Origin: an uncultured Verrucomicrobiota bacterium
GTDB lineage: Bacteria; Verrucomicrobiota; Verrucomicrobiia; Limisphaerales; UBA9464
Direction: 5' to 3'
Length of the DNA: 64,000 nt
NCBI GenBank assembly: GCA_903896505.1
Contig: CAITXU010000074.1
Coordinates: 1,301-65,300, forward strand
Under the pieces are notes generated by a model that was not told the origin of the DNA, did no database searches, and saw only the letters and a list, made by a program, of their open reading frames with translations. Each line of letters begins with the position of its first letter. Position 1 is the stretch's first letter. The translations under genes and the position numbers were made by a program. Positions 25,618 through 35,526 of the stretch are shown here, one piece after another.

Positions 25618-27048
25618 ATGATTCCATCCCTTCCCGCTCGACGGGTCTTTCTGTGGGTATGTCTCTGCTGGACGTGCCTTGCGGACGGTCGATTGCCCCA
25701 GCTTCACATCAGCGATAATCACCGTTATTTTGTGACGGCGGAGGGCAGGCCGTTCTTTTGGCTGGCGGATACCGCATGGGAACTTTTTCACCGACTGTCG
25801 GTGGATGAATCATCGTTTTACCTGGAGAACCGGGCGGCCAAGGGTTTTACCGTTATTCAAGCGGTCGCACTCGCTGAATTCGATGGGCTGACGGCACCCA
25901 ATGCGGAAGGGCAATTGCCCTTGATCGAAAATGATCCGTTGCGCCCGAATGAGGCCTATTTTCAGCATGTGGATGCTGTTGTTGCCCGGGCCAACGCACT
26001 CGGGCTGTACATTGGCTTTCTTCCCACCTGGGGTGACAAGTGGAACAAGAAGTGGGGCGCGGGACCGGAGATTTTCACCCCGGAAACTGCCCGACGCTAC
26101 GGGGAATGGATCGGACGCCGCTACCGGGACGCCGGTCTGGTGTGGATTCTCGGCGGCGACCGTCCAGTGGAGTCCGACATTCACCGCGAGATTGTCCGGG
26201 CCATGGCTCAGGGATTGCGAAAAGGCGACGAGGGAGCGCACCTCATTTCCTTCCATCCGACGGGTGGGCTGGGGTCTGCCGAGTCATTTCACAACGAGGA
26301 GTGGCTCGACTTCAATATGCGGCAAAACGGGCACAATCCCGAATTCACCGGTCATTACGACAAAACCCGATTGGACTATGATCGGACGCCGATAAAGCCC
26401 GTGATCGATGCAGAGCCAATCTACGAGGGGCATCCCGTTTCTTTCAATGCGAAGAACTTTGGACACTCGGTTGCGGCGGACGTGCGGCGGCCCTTTTACT
26501 GGGACCTCTTCAATGGAGCCTTTGGGCATACCTATGGACATCATTCCGTCTGGTCCATGCATGCCCCGGGCCGAGCCCCGGTCAATTCACCGATCCTTGG
26601 ATGGCGGGAGGCCATCGACGAGCCTGGTGCCTTCCAAATGGGAATCGGGAGGCGATTGATGGAATCGCGCCCGGTGCTGGCGCGGATTCCCGACGACTCC
26701 ATTTTGGTGCCAGCCGAATTTCCCACCGTGGTCCCAGGGGCAGGCACGCGCCGATTTGCGGCCACCCGCGACGTGGCCGGCACGTACGCGTTCGTTTACG
26801 TGCCCGTGGGGAGGTCATTTCGGGTCCGGATGGGTTTTATTTCCGGACCGATGGCGCGGGTCTGGTGGTTTAACCCCAGGGATGGAGTGGCTGTCCGTTT
26901 GGGGGATTTTACCTCGGACGGAGAGCGGGAGTTCGTGCCGCCGACGCCGGGAGAGCTCCTGGATTGGGTGTTGGTTTTGGACGACGCTGCCAAGGGATAT
27001 GGGCCGCCGGGCACTCCGCAGACGCTTTTTCCGTTGTCCCCCCGCTGA
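25618..27048 (+). CDS. secreted DUF4038 / glycoside hydrolase family 140-like protein
   Basis: Signal peptide, then [32 protein letters not shown]...[16 protein letters not shown]...[10 protein letters not shown], matching my recollection of the DUF4038/GH140 N-terminal catalytic domain. Confidence 0.7.
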   Translation: MIPSLPARRVFLWVCLCWTCLADGRLPQLHISDNHRYFVTAEGRPFFWLADTAWELFHRLSVDESSFYLENRAAKGFTVIQAVALAEFDGLTAPNAEGQLPLIENDPLRPNEAYFQHVDAVVARANALGLYIGFLPTWGDKWNKKWGAGPEIFTPETARRYGEWIGRRYRDAGLVWILGGDRPVESDIHREIVRAMAQGLRKGDEGAHLISFHPTGGLGSAESFHNEEWLDFNMRQNGHNPEFTGHYDKTRLDYDRTPIKPVIDAEPIYEGHPVSFNAKNFGHSVAADVRRPFYWDLFNGAFGHTYGHHSVWSMHAPGRAPVNSPILGWREAIDEPGAFQMGIGRRLMESRPVLARIPDDSILVPAEFPTVVPGAGTRRFAATRDVAGTYAFVYVPVGRSFRVRMGFISGPMARVWWFNPRDGVAVRLGDFTSDGEREFVPPTPGELLDWVLVLDDAAKGYGPPGTPQTLFPLSPR

Positions 27049-27077
27049 ATTTGGGGCAGGAAGGGCGGTTCAAAGCG

Positions 27078-28295
27078 ATGGCACTCATTGTTCAAAAATA
27101 CGGCGGGACGTCAGTGGGCAACACCGAACGCATTCGGAATGTGGCCAAACGGGTTGCTGCTTATCGGGCCGACGGCGACCAGGTGGTGGTGGTGGTGTCC
27201 GCCATGAGTGGTGTGACCGATGGTCTCATCCGACTGGCAAAGGAAATCACGCCATTGCCGAGTGAACGGGAAATGGACGTCTTGCTGGCCACTGGGGAGC
27301 AACAAACCATCGCCCTGACCGCCATTGCCCTTCAGACCTTGAATGTGCCGGCTGTTTCCCTGACTGGTGCCCAGGCTGGCATCGTCACGGACGGGGTCCA
27401 TACCAAGGCCAAGATTCAGAACATTTCGCCCGCTGAGGTTCACCGGTTGTTGGACGAAGGAAATGTGGTAATCGTCGCGGGATTCCAGGGACAAAGCTTT
27501 TCCGGCCAAATCACGACCTTGGGACGCGGGGGAAGTGATTTGACGGCCATTGCCCTGGCAGCGGCTCTCAAAGCCGACCTGTGCCAGATTTACACCGATG
27601 TGGACGGGGTCTATACCGCTGATCCTCGTTTGGTCCCCAATGCCCGCAAGTTGCCGGAGATTTCCTATGACGAGATGCTGGAGTTGGCAGGAAGCGGAGC
27701 CAAGGTCATGCAGCTTCGGTCGGTGGAATTCGCCAAAAAATTTGATGTCGTTTTTGAGGTTCGTTCCAGTCTCAATGATCACCCCGGTACAATTGTGAAA
27801 GAGGAAACCAGCAGTATGGAAGACGTCGTGGTCCGCGGCGTCTCGCTCGACAAGAATCAGGCCAAGCTGACGCTTTTTGGCGTCCGCGACGAACCAGGGC
27901 GCGCCGCTCGAATTTTTCGTGGCCTGGCGGATGCCAACATCAACGTGGACATGATCGTTCAAAACGTCAGCCATGAGGGCGGAATCCGGCAGACGGACAT
28001 CAGTTTTACCGTCGACAAACCCGATCTATTGAAGGCCCGACAGGTCATCGATGGGCTTAAGCCGGAGATTGGATTCAAGGAATCCGTCGCAGACGAGAGC
28101 ATTGGCAAAGTGTCCATTGTCGGCGTCGGCATGCGCAGTCACAGCGGAGTCGCCGCCAAAATGTTCGATACCCTGGCCCAGGCGGGTGTGAACATCGAAA
28201 TGATCTCCACCAGCGAAATCAAAGTTTCGGTCGTTATTGCAGCCGACAAGGGGGATCTGGCAATGCGAGCGCTCCACCACGCCTTCCTGGAGTAG
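27078..28295 (+). CDS. lysC: aspartate kinase
   Basis: ATG at 27078: [19 protein letters not shown]...[12 protein letters not shown]...GRGGSDLTA, with two C-terminal ACT domains. The upstream track extension overlaps the previous gene. Confidence 0.93.
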   Translation: MALIVQKYGGTSVGNTERIRNVAKRVAAYRADGDQVVVVVSAMSGVTDGLIRLAKEITPLPSEREMDVLLATGEQQTIALTAIALQTLNVPAVSLTGAQAGIVTDGVHTKAKIQNISPAEVHRLLDEGNVVIVAGFQGQSFSGQITTLGRGGSDLTAIALAAALKADLCQIYTDVDGVYTADPRLVPNARKLPEISYDEMLELAGSGAKVMQLRSVEFAKKFDVVFEVRSSLNDHPGTIVKEETSSMEDVVVRGVSLDKNQAKLTLFGVRDEPGRAARIFRGLADANINVDMIVQNVSHEGGIRQTDISFTVDKPDLLKARQVIDGLKPEIGFKESVADESIGKVSIVGVGMRSHSGVAAKMFDTLAQAGVNIEMISTSEIKVSVVIAADKGDLAMRALHHAFLE

Positions 28296-28315
28296 GCTTC
28301 AGGTACGGTTTCGAG

Positions 28316-28717
28316 ATGTCTCCAGTGCGCCAGTTGTCGGTTGCCCTTCGGGTCATGGCCGGCCTGGACATTCTGGCTGTTGCCGCCATGGCGGCACCGT
28401 GGTCGTGGTTGGCCTGGGCCGCCCGACTCAACGGCTATGAAATCGGTGAAGCCGTGCCGTTGGTTCACTACCTGACGCGGACTGCTTCCGGTATGTACGT
28501 GGTCTATGGTTCCCTGCTTTGGTTTCTATCGCTGCGGCCCGCGCATCACGCTTCGGTCATTCGGTTTCTGGCCTGGATTTCCGTTGTTCATTCCGTCGCC
28601 GTGCTGGGGGTGGACCTGACCGTTGGAATGCCGATGTTTTGGTGTGCCTCGGAGTTTGGAGGCCATTTGGCGGAGGCCGGCATCTTGTTGTTCCTGCTTC
28701 GCCGGGCCGAACTGTAA
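28316..28717 (+). CDS. hypothetical membrane protein (4 hydrophobic segments)
   Basis: 133-aa ORF between lysC and kpsF on the same strand. Hydrophobic helices. No family recognised. Confidence 0.5.
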   Translation: MSPVRQLSVALRVMAGLDILAVAAMAAPWSWLAWAARLNGYEIGEAVPLVHYLTRTASGMYVVYGSLLWFLSLRPAHHASVIRFLAWISVVHSVAVLGVDLTVGMPMFWCASEFGGHLAEAGILLFLLRRAEL

Positions 28718-28723
28718 TCTGCC

Positions 28724-29701
28724 ATGGTCATGAATCATCTGGCCCGAGCTCAGGAAGTCTTTGCCATTGAACAGGCGGCTCTGGCTGCGGTGGCGGCACG
28801 GCTGGATTCTGAATTTGACCGGGCCGTTGAATTGCTGCTGCCCGTCTTGACGGCGCGAGCCAAGGTTGTGGTGGTTGGGGTGGGAAAATCGGGAAATATT
28901 GGCCGCAAAATTGCAGCCACCCTGAGCAGCACCGGGACAATTGCCGTGGTTCTGGACTCGGTGGACGCCCTCCATGGTGACCTTGGCATTGTGAGTGAAG
29001 GGGATGCAGTCCTCGCATTGAGCTATTCCGGGGAGTCCGAGGAGTTAATTCAGTTGCTTCCCCCACTGAAGCGATTCTCGTCGGTGTTGATTGCGCTCAC
29101 GGGAAATCCGCAATCCTCCCTGGGTCGTGAGGCAACCGTTGTTCTGAACTGCCAGGTTCCTCAAGAGGCCTGCCGTTTCAATCTCGCACCCACATCCAGC
29201 ACCACTGCCATGCTCGCCATGGGGGACGCCCTGGCGCTGGCTTTGATGGATGCCCGGGGCTTTTCTGAGCGCGATTTCGCCGCCCGTCACCCGGCCGGGG
29301 CTATAGGTCGGTCGCTTTGGGTCCGGATTCGTGATATCATGCGGAGAGGGGAGCGCAATGCCGTCGCTTCGGCATCGCTGACAGTCCGAGACGCGTTGAT
29401 GGTCATGACCCGTGCCAAATCGGGTTCCGTTGGCGTGGTCGATGCGGATGGAAAGCTTGTGGGGGTCTTTACCGATGGCGATCTGCGGCGGCGGATGTCG
29501 ATTGACGAAGCAGTTCTTTCACGACCACTGGTGGAGGTTATGACGCTCCGACCGACCACCATCGACGAAAACGCCCTGGCGGTGGAGGCCCTGCGCATCT
29601 TCAATCAACGCGACATCGACGACCTGATCGTCGTCAATTCCAGTCAGGAACCCGTGGGAATGGTTGATTCCCAGGACCTCCCCAAACTTAAGCTGATGTA
29701 G
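28724..29701 (+). CDS. kpsF: arabinose-5-phosphate isomerase (SIS domain plus CBS pair), KpsF/GutQ family
   Basis: Motifs VVVVGVGKSGNIGRKIAATLSSTG and SYSGESEE, followed by tandem CBS domains. Confidence 0.88.
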   Translation: MVMNHLARAQEVFAIEQAALAAVAARLDSEFDRAVELLLPVLTARAKVVVVGVGKSGNIGRKIAATLSSTGTIAVVLDSVDALHGDLGIVSEGDAVLALSYSGESEELIQLLPPLKRFSSVLIALTGNPQSSLGREATVVLNCQVPQEACRFNLAPTSSTTAMLAMGDALALALMDARGFSERDFAARHPAGAIGRSLWVRIRDIMRRGERNAVASASLTVRDALMVMTRAKSGSVGVVDADGKLVGVFTDGDLRRRMSIDEAVLSRPLVEVMTLRPTTIDENALAVEALRIFNQRDIDDLIVVNSSQEPVGMVDSQDLPKLKLM

Positions 29702-29742
29702 GGTGGTATAACGGCGTACATCAGGGATTGGGCTGGTAAGAC

Positions 29743-30396
29743 TCAGGAAAAACGGTCGTCCGTCCAAGGGTCGGCCGTGTTGGAGTAGCCGCGAACCTCC
29801 CAAAATCCAAGGATATCCCGGTCGAGGAAGGTGATTTCGCGAATCCATTTTGCCCCTTTCCAGGCGTAGCGCTTGGGAACGATGACCCGGGCCGGTCCGC
29901 CGTGCTCCCTGGGCAACGGTTGCCCGTTCCAGGAATGGGCAATCAACACGTCATCATCGAGACAGACCTCAATCGGGTTATTGGTCGAGTAGCCGTCGTA
30001 ACTTTTGAAAAAGACGTGAGTGGCGGATGGTTTGGGGCGGACCAGATCGGCGAGGGTAAAAAACGCCACCCCTTCAAAGGGCATGTCAAATTGACTCCAG
30101 GTGGTGACACAGTGAAAGTCGCTCACATCACTGAACTGGGGCAGTGCCATGAATTCCTTCCAGGTGAGTAAAATCGGGTTTTCAACATGGCCGCCGATTT
30201 TGAGGGTCCATTGGTCTGGCGATATCTCTGGTTTCACCCCCAAATCAAGGACGGGAAAGTTATGCACCTGCCGCTGACCGGGAGGCAACCGATTCTCCGA
30301 CCGCACCGTGGGTTTAGCTTGTCCCGCCATTTTTCGGGCCCATCGCTCCTTGGCGGCAATATATGCCTCTTTCATGAGAACGAGTGTGGCTTCCAA
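29743..30396 (-). CDS. sulfite-oxidase-fold molybdopterin-binding oxidoreductase (small bacterial SO family)
   Basis: 217 aa. Motifs LPPGQ...FPVLD, DFHCVTTWS (Moco Cys), FKSYDGYSTN, GGPARVIVPKRYAWKGAKWI. Confidence 0.8.
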   Translation of the reverse strand: MEATLVLMKEAYIAAKERWARKMAGQAKPTVRSENRLPPGQRQVHNFPVLDLGVKPEISPDQWTLKIGGHVENPILLTWKEFMALPQFSDVSDFHCVTTWSQFDMPFEGVAFFTLADLVRPKPSATHVFFKSYDGYSTNNPIEVCLDDDVLIAHSWNGQPLPREHGGPARVIVPKRYAWKGAKWIREITFLDRDILGFWEVRGYSNTADPWTDDRFS

Positions 30397-30451
30397 TCGA
30401 ACGGGCGCAACCCTTGACAGGTGAGGGGCAGTTCACACCACGGGACAGGTC

Positions 30452-31711
30452 ATGGTGATGGCCGGAAATGAACCGGGCTCGTCAAACGCCTTGGATGTCG
30501 CCAAAATAACCCCATCAATTTCTATGCCGTCCGTCCCCGTGGCCGAATTCCCCAATGTGGTGTTGCAGCGTGCCCTCCTGACGTTTGAGAGGGAGTTTGG
30601 TCGTCCGGCCCGATTTGCTGCTGCCGCTCCGGGCCGAATTAATCTGATGGGGGACCATGTCGATTATTGCAATGGATTGGTTCTGCCGATGGCCATTGAC
30701 CGGAATACCTTTGTGGTGGGGGATTTCTCCGGAAACTCACTGATTCGACTCCACAGTGTCCATCATGGCCAAACGGGGGTAATGGCGGATGGCGGCTGTT
30801 CACCGGCATTAGGTGCTTCGAAATGGACGGAGTACCTCCGCGGCATGGTGGCAGGATTCCAATCGGCGGGGATAGCGGTGCCCGGTTTTGATGCCGTCAT
30901 TGACTCCGAGGTTCCGACGGGAGCGGGACTCAGCAGTAGTGCCGCGTTGGAGATGGCCACAGCCACATTGCTTGAAGCGTTGACCGGACGGCAACTGGAC
31001 CCGTGGGAAAAGGCCCGGATGGGCCAGACGGCGGAGCATGTCTATGCCGGTGTGCCCTGCGGCTTGATGGACCAAATGGCGGCGGTGTTCGGTCGTGAAG
31101 GAAAATTGCTGTTGTTCGATTGTGAATCAATCGCGGTCGATTGGCGTGAGTTTCCCGCCGGGCGAGTGGCCGTCATGGCCCTCGACACGGACATTCGCCA
31201 TGAATTGGGAGCGTCGGAATACCCGCGACGCCGGGAAGACTGCGAGCGGGCAGCCAGGGCCCTCGGAGTGTTGAGCCTGCGCCACGCTTCGTTGGAGATG
31301 CTTGCCGCCTCTGTTGTCGGGCTGGATTCAACCACCCAACGAAGGGCGCTACATGTTGTCACAGAGATCGACCGCACCCGGAAACTGGTTGCCGCTCTCG
31401 AGAGGTGCGACTGGGTTCAATGTCAGCTCCTGATGAAGGCGAGCCACGCTTCGTTGCGTGATGACTTCGAGGTCAGTTGTCCTGAATTGGACGCGGTGGT
31501 TCAGGTCGCCGATGAAATCGGAATCACCGGCGGTGTCTACGGCTGTCGGATGACCGGGGGTGGCTTTGGAGGAAGTTGTGTCGCGTTGGTTGATCCTGGC
31601 CGTATCGATGCTCTGACGTCTCTGTTTCAGAGCGGCTATGCACGGCGGACGGGTTTGAAACTAAGTGTTCTGGTCACCCGCCCCGGACCCGGCGCCCACC
31701 GAATTTTGTAG
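30452..31711 (+). CDS. galK: galactokinase
   Basis: Motifs APGRINLMGDHVDY, PTGAGLSSSAALE, GCRMTGGGFGG. The true start may be the ATG at 30524 (MPSVPV). Confidence 0.9.
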   Translation: MVMAGNEPGSSNALDVAKITPSISMPSVPVAEFPNVVLQRALLTFEREFGRPARFAAAAPGRINLMGDHVDYCNGLVLPMAIDRNTFVVGDFSGNSLIRLHSVHHGQTGVMADGGCSPALGASKWTEYLRGMVAGFQSAGIAVPGFDAVIDSEVPTGAGLSSSAALEMATATLLEALTGRQLDPWEKARMGQTAEHVYAGVPCGLMDQMAAVFGREGKLLLFDCESIAVDWREFPAGRVAVMALDTDIRHELGASEYPRRREDCERAARALGVLSLRHASLEMLAASVVGLDSTTQRRALHVVTEIDRTRKLVAALERCDWVQCQLLMKASHASLRDDFEVSCPELDAVVQVADEIGITGGVYGCRMTGGGFGGSCVALVDPGRIDALTSLFQSGYARRTGLKLSVLVTRPGPGAHRIL

Positions 31712-31747
31712 TGAACTGGAGCTGAATTGCGTGGTGGACGCGATTTG

Positions 31748-31904
31748 GGCCGCCGACGGCTGGGCTGGAGCCGCCCTACAACGGTGCCTTTAGATCGGGA
31801 GTGGAAATGATCCCTGCAGTGATTGGGGACTTGCAGGAGCGCTCCGGACGCAAGTCCCTCCGTAGGAGGGACATCCAACGGAGGGACGCGCTCCTGTAAG
31901 TCCC
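31748..31904. repeat. palindromic repeat family, copy C (flank 31748-31824 plus full hairpin core 31825-31904)
   Basis: ggccgccgacggctgggctggagccgccctacaacggtgcctttagatcgggagtggaaatgatccctgcagtgatt + ggggacttgcaggagcgc...gcgctcctgtaagtccc. It lies between the convergent galK and def genes. Confidence 0.85.
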
Positions 31905-31976
31905 TATATCGATTTCAATCACCGTCGCCCGAACTTTTCCTGTTCTGTTCAAGCCGACTGTTTGGTGTCGAATCCC

Positions 31977-32549
31977 CTATTTTTTCCCCGACAGCCGGGC
32001 CTTGGTCTCCGCCATCAACTCCTCGATTTCTTCCTTCAAATTGGTCCGGGTCTCGCTGTCCATTCGGTCGATGAAAAGAATGCCGTTCAAGTGATCGACC
32101 TCGTGTTGAACAACACGTGCCAGCAATCCACCCGCACGAAAATGGAATGATTCACCCCGCTCATTGGATGCGACAACCTCGATCTCGCCGGACCGCGAGA
32201 CCTCTCCGAATATCTCCGGGAAACTCAGGCATCCTTCGGGACCGGTTATCGGTTTTCCCACAGGCTTCACCACGGGATTGATCAGAACCAACGGCATGAA
32301 CGACTCGACATCGGCCTCCTGGCCATCAATCCACAAGCTGCTTGGACGGTCCTGTACTCCTCGAACGTCCACGATGGCCAGTTGGATGGCGTAACCCACC
32401 TGCTGGGCGGCCAGACCAATGCCGCGCGATGCCTGCATGGTCTCGAACATGTCGGCGATGAGGGCATGAATCTCGGGAGAGAGCTGTTCGATCCGGGCGC
32501 CGCGTCGTCGCAGGACCGGTTCACCATATTTTACCACTGTCAGCGTCAT
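31977..32549 (-). CDS. def: peptide deformylase
   Basis: ATG at 32549: MTLTVVKYGEPVLRRRG. Motifs GIGLAAQQVG, EGCLSFPEI, QHEVDHLNG. Confidence 0.92.
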   Translation of the reverse strand: MTLTVVKYGEPVLRRRGARIEQLSPEIHALIADMFETMQASRGIGLAAQQVGYAIQLAIVDVRGVQDRPSSLWIDGQEADVESFMPLVLINPVVKPVGKPITGPEGCLSFPEIFGEVSRSGEIEVVASNERGESFHFRAGGLLARVVQHEVDHLNGILFIDRMDSETRTNLKEEIEELMAETKARLSGKK

Positions 32550-32601
32550 CTTCGGGAAATTGTTGCCGTGATTTTCCGGTGCTGGCGAGTCTCGTCTGAC
32601 C

Positions 32602-34164
32602 TTAAAGTCGGGGAGTTGCGCTTGCCGCTTTGGCTGCCTTTCGCACTTCCTTTTCAAGAGTGGCCATCATCCCGTCGATGGTGTGCGGCTTGGCTTCAGC
32701 AGTTGGCTCCAATCCCAGGGCTGCAAGAGCCTTGGATGTTTCTGGCCCGATGGTCAGGATGCGGGTCACGGGGAACTTCCGGAGTAGAGCCGGAAGGTCA
32801 AAACGGGCATGGAAATTCTCGACGGTGGATGCGCTGGAAAAAGTAAGCCAATCCGCGCCTTCATCCATCAGGCGGGCGGCGGCTCCGGAGCGGTCCTCGG
32901 TTTCAGGTTCCGTTTTGTAGCACGCCACATCATCGACGATTCCACCCATCTCCTCCAATTGTCGGACCAACTCTGGGTTGGCTACCTCGGCGCGGAGGCA
33001 AAGGACGCGAAGATTTTCGATGTTTTCGACCTGGGTGATGGCCTTGCAGACTTTTGCTGCCACGTATTCGGTTGGCATGGCATCCACCCGGATGTGGAGT
33101 TCCTTGAGTTTGGCGGCGGTGGCCGGGCCTACAGCGGCAAAGCGGATAAATCCGAGTGAACGGATGTCATCAAATGCCTTGAAAAAGTAGTCAAAAAAGG
33201 CGGTCACCCCATTGGGACTCGTAAAGACAATCCAGTTGTACTCGGTCAATCCGGTGATGGCATCAATGAGTGGGTGGATTTCGGAGGGTGGCGAAATCTT
33301 GATGGTCGGGATTTCAAGGACGTCGGCTCCGCGTTCCTTGAGGTGGTGGACGAGGGTGCTGGCCTGTTCTCTAGTTCGCGTGACAACGATTCGCTGGCGG
33401 AAAAGTGGGCGGAATTCAAACCAGTTCAGGCGATTTCGCAGGGTTACCACACCTCCAATCACTGTGACGGCAGGAGCCGTGAGGCCGGCCGTTGCGGCAG
33501 CGTCGGCGAGGGTTGACAAGGTGGCCACAACGGTTTGCTGGCGGCTGGTTGTCCCCCATCGAATCATCGCGGCGGGAGTCTCTGCAGCCATTCCGTTTTG
33601 GACCAGTTCGCGGGCTATGTGGCCGATACGTTCCACGCCCATGAGGATCACTTTCGTGCCGGGCGTCCTGGCCACAGCACCCCAATCCAGCGAAGTTTCT
33701 GGTTTGGTGGGGTCCTCGTGACCGGTGATGACCTGATAGGAAGAGCAAAAATCGCGGTGAGTGACGGGAATTCCAGCATAGGCTGGGGCGGCGATGGTGG
33801 AGGAAATTCCGGGTACAACCTCGAACGGAACGCCTGCTGCGGCCAGTTCCTCGGCTTCCTCTCCGCCACGACCGAACACATACGGGTCTCCTCCTTTCAG
33901 GCGCACCACGACCTTGCCCTGGCGGGCTCGCTCGACCAGCAGCTGGTTGAGGTCTTCCTGAGGAATGGCATGGTCCCGGGCGCGTTTACCTCCGTAAATA
34001 TATTCCGCATCGCGGGGAGCGAGTCGGAGAAGTTCCAGGTTGACGAGGGCGTCATAGACAACCACTTCGGCATGACTCAGGACCTCGGCCCCCCTCAGCG
34101 TAAACAGCCCGGCGTCGCCAGGACCGGCTCCGACCAAGTAAACGATCCCCTTGTTGGTTTGCAT
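32602..34164 (-). CDS. bifunctional uroporphyrinogen-III C-methyltransferase / uroporphyrinogen-III synthase (CobA-HemD fusion)
   Basis: ATG at 34164: MQTNKGIVYLVGAGPGDAGLFTLRG...RLKGGDPYVFGRGGEE...VPGISS, then a HemD-like C-terminal half. The 885-aa track ORF is this gene plus a spurious 5' extension antisense to the glycosyltransferase. Confidence 0.85.
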   Translation of the reverse strand: MQTNKGIVYLVGAGPGDAGLFTLRGAEVLSHAEVVVYDALVNLELLRLAPRDAEYIYGGKRARDHAIPQEDLNQLLVERARQGKVVVRLKGGDPYVFGRGGEEAEELAAAGVPFEVVPGISSTIAAPAYAGIPVTHRDFCSSYQVITGHEDPTKPETSLDWGAVARTPGTKVILMGVERIGHIARELVQNGMAAETPAAMIRWGTTSRQQTVVATLSTLADAAATAGLTAPAVTVIGGVVTLRNRLNWFEFRPLFRQRIVVTRTREQASTLVHHLKERGADVLEIPTIKISPPSEIHPLIDAITGLTEYNWIVFTSPNGVTAFFDYFFKAFDDIRSLGFIRFAAVGPATAAKLKELHIRVDAMPTEYVAAKVCKAITQVENIENLRVLCLRAEVANPELVRQLEEMGGIVDDVACYKTEPETEDRSGAAARLMDEGADWLTFSSASTVENFHARFDLPALLRKFPVTRILTIGPETSKALAALGLEPTAEAKPHTIDGMMATLEKEVRKAAKAASATPRL

Positions 34165-34296
34165 TCGGCGGTAATGGTAGGCGAGTTGGTCTGATTTGAA
34201 TAGGGTGTCCTCCAAGCGCGTGGTCCAACCTGAGTGTAACGCAACAATCGAAATCCAGCGCTTGCCGTGGTCAAGTTTACCCGATGAACTAGGGCG

Positions 34297-35436
34297 GTGA
34301 TTGGTTCGTCTCTTTGGGGTGCACTGGCACTTTCCAGCTTCGGTGTGAATATCTGGCAATTCGTCGTTGCCTGCTTCACGCCGGTACACCAGCGTCCAGC
34401 CAGCGCCGCCCACACTCCGGGGGTCACCATTCTCAAGCCACTCAAGGGGCGTGAAGGGCGGTCCCGCCAATGCCTTCGCAGCTGGTTTACGCTTCGGTAC
34501 TTGGGGCCAATTCAACTGCTCTTTGGTGTCAAGGACGCCGATGATCCGATTGTCGAAATCATCCGGGAGTTGCAGGTTGAATTTCCTGAGGTCGACGCAC
34601 AGGTCGTCGTTTGCCCGGAATCGCTGGGACCCAATGCCAAGGTGTCCACCCTGATGCAGCTGGAGCATCTGATAAAATATCCGCTGGTGGTGGTGAGTGA
34701 TGCGGACGTCCAGGTGCCGTACGATTACCTGACCGCCGCAACGTGGTGGTTTCGCGAGTCTGACGTCGGCTTGGTCTCGAATCTGTACTGCCTGGCCAAC
34801 CCCTCGACCTTTGCGATGTATTGGGAGGCGACAGTCGTGAATTCCGATTTTTGGTGCCAAGTCATGCAGGCCCGACAGTTGGGGCAGGTGAAATTTGCCT
34901 TGGGAGCCGCCATGATGGTCCGGCGGGAGATGCTTGAGCGCATCGGTGGATTTTCCAGCATCGTGGAGTATCTGGCGGATGATTATCAATTGGGCCGTCG
35001 TATTTTCCAATTGCCCGCGCGGGTTGAGATTTCTCCGCTGGTGGTGGAGTGTTGGGAGGGCCGGGGTAGTTGGAGTCATGTTTGGGGGCATCAACTTCGG
35101 TGGGCGCGCACGATTCGAGTTTGCCAGCCGATACCCTATTTCTTCAGCATCATTACCGCCGTTTCTTGGTGGGCAATGCTGTGGCTGTTCATCGGGGATG
35201 GCTCCCCCTTGATGGTTGCAGCCATCCTTGGCCTTCGCGTCCTCATGGCGACCATCCAATCGTTCCGACTGAAAAGTTACAAAAACCGGTACAACCCGGT
35301 ATTGATCGGGTTAATAGCCCCCCTCAAAGACATCCTTTCCACGGTGATTTGGCTTCTGGCGTTTGGCGGGGGAAAGGTGAAGTGGCGTGGGCGCACGTTC
35401 CGAGTTGGGTCCAATGGACGGATGGTTGCCCTTTAG
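34297..35436 (+). CDS. GT2/GT21-type membrane glycosyltransferase (ceramide glucosyltransferase / HpnI-like)
   Basis: GTG start. Motifs VTILKPLKG, NAKVSTL, VVSDADVQVP (DxD), QLRWART (QxxRW), with C-terminal TM helices. Confidence 0.75.
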   Translation: MIGSSLWGALALSSFGVNIWQFVVACFTPVHQRPASAAHTPGVTILKPLKGREGRSRQCLRSWFTLRYLGPIQLLFGVKDADDPIVEIIRELQVEFPEVDAQVVVCPESLGPNAKVSTLMQLEHLIKYPLVVVSDADVQVPYDYLTAATWWFRESDVGLVSNLYCLANPSTFAMYWEATVVNSDFWCQVMQARQLGQVKFALGAAMMVRREMLERIGGFSSIVEYLADDYQLGRRIFQLPARVEISPLVVECWEGRGSWSHVWGHQLRWARTIRVCQPIPYFFSIITAVSWWAMLWLFIGDGSPLMVAAILGLRVLMATIQSFRLKSYKNRYNPVLIGLIAPLKDILSTVIWLLAFGGGKVKWRGRTFRVGSNGRMVAL

Positions 35437-35526
35437 GACTCGTGATCAGCCCGTTTCCTGGTTGGAAACGGTTGTCCAGCAAGCCCGTCTCGACTTCCAT
35501 TCGATCCCGGTGCATCTTGACCCCGT

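Noticed and set aside
34165-35259. N-terminal 365 codons of the 885-aa track ORF 32602..35259.
   Set aside because: This part is antisense to a well-supported glycosyltransferase gene and has no protein-like features. The CobA-HemD homology begins exactly at the internal ATG 34164 (MQTNKGIVYLVGAGPGD).
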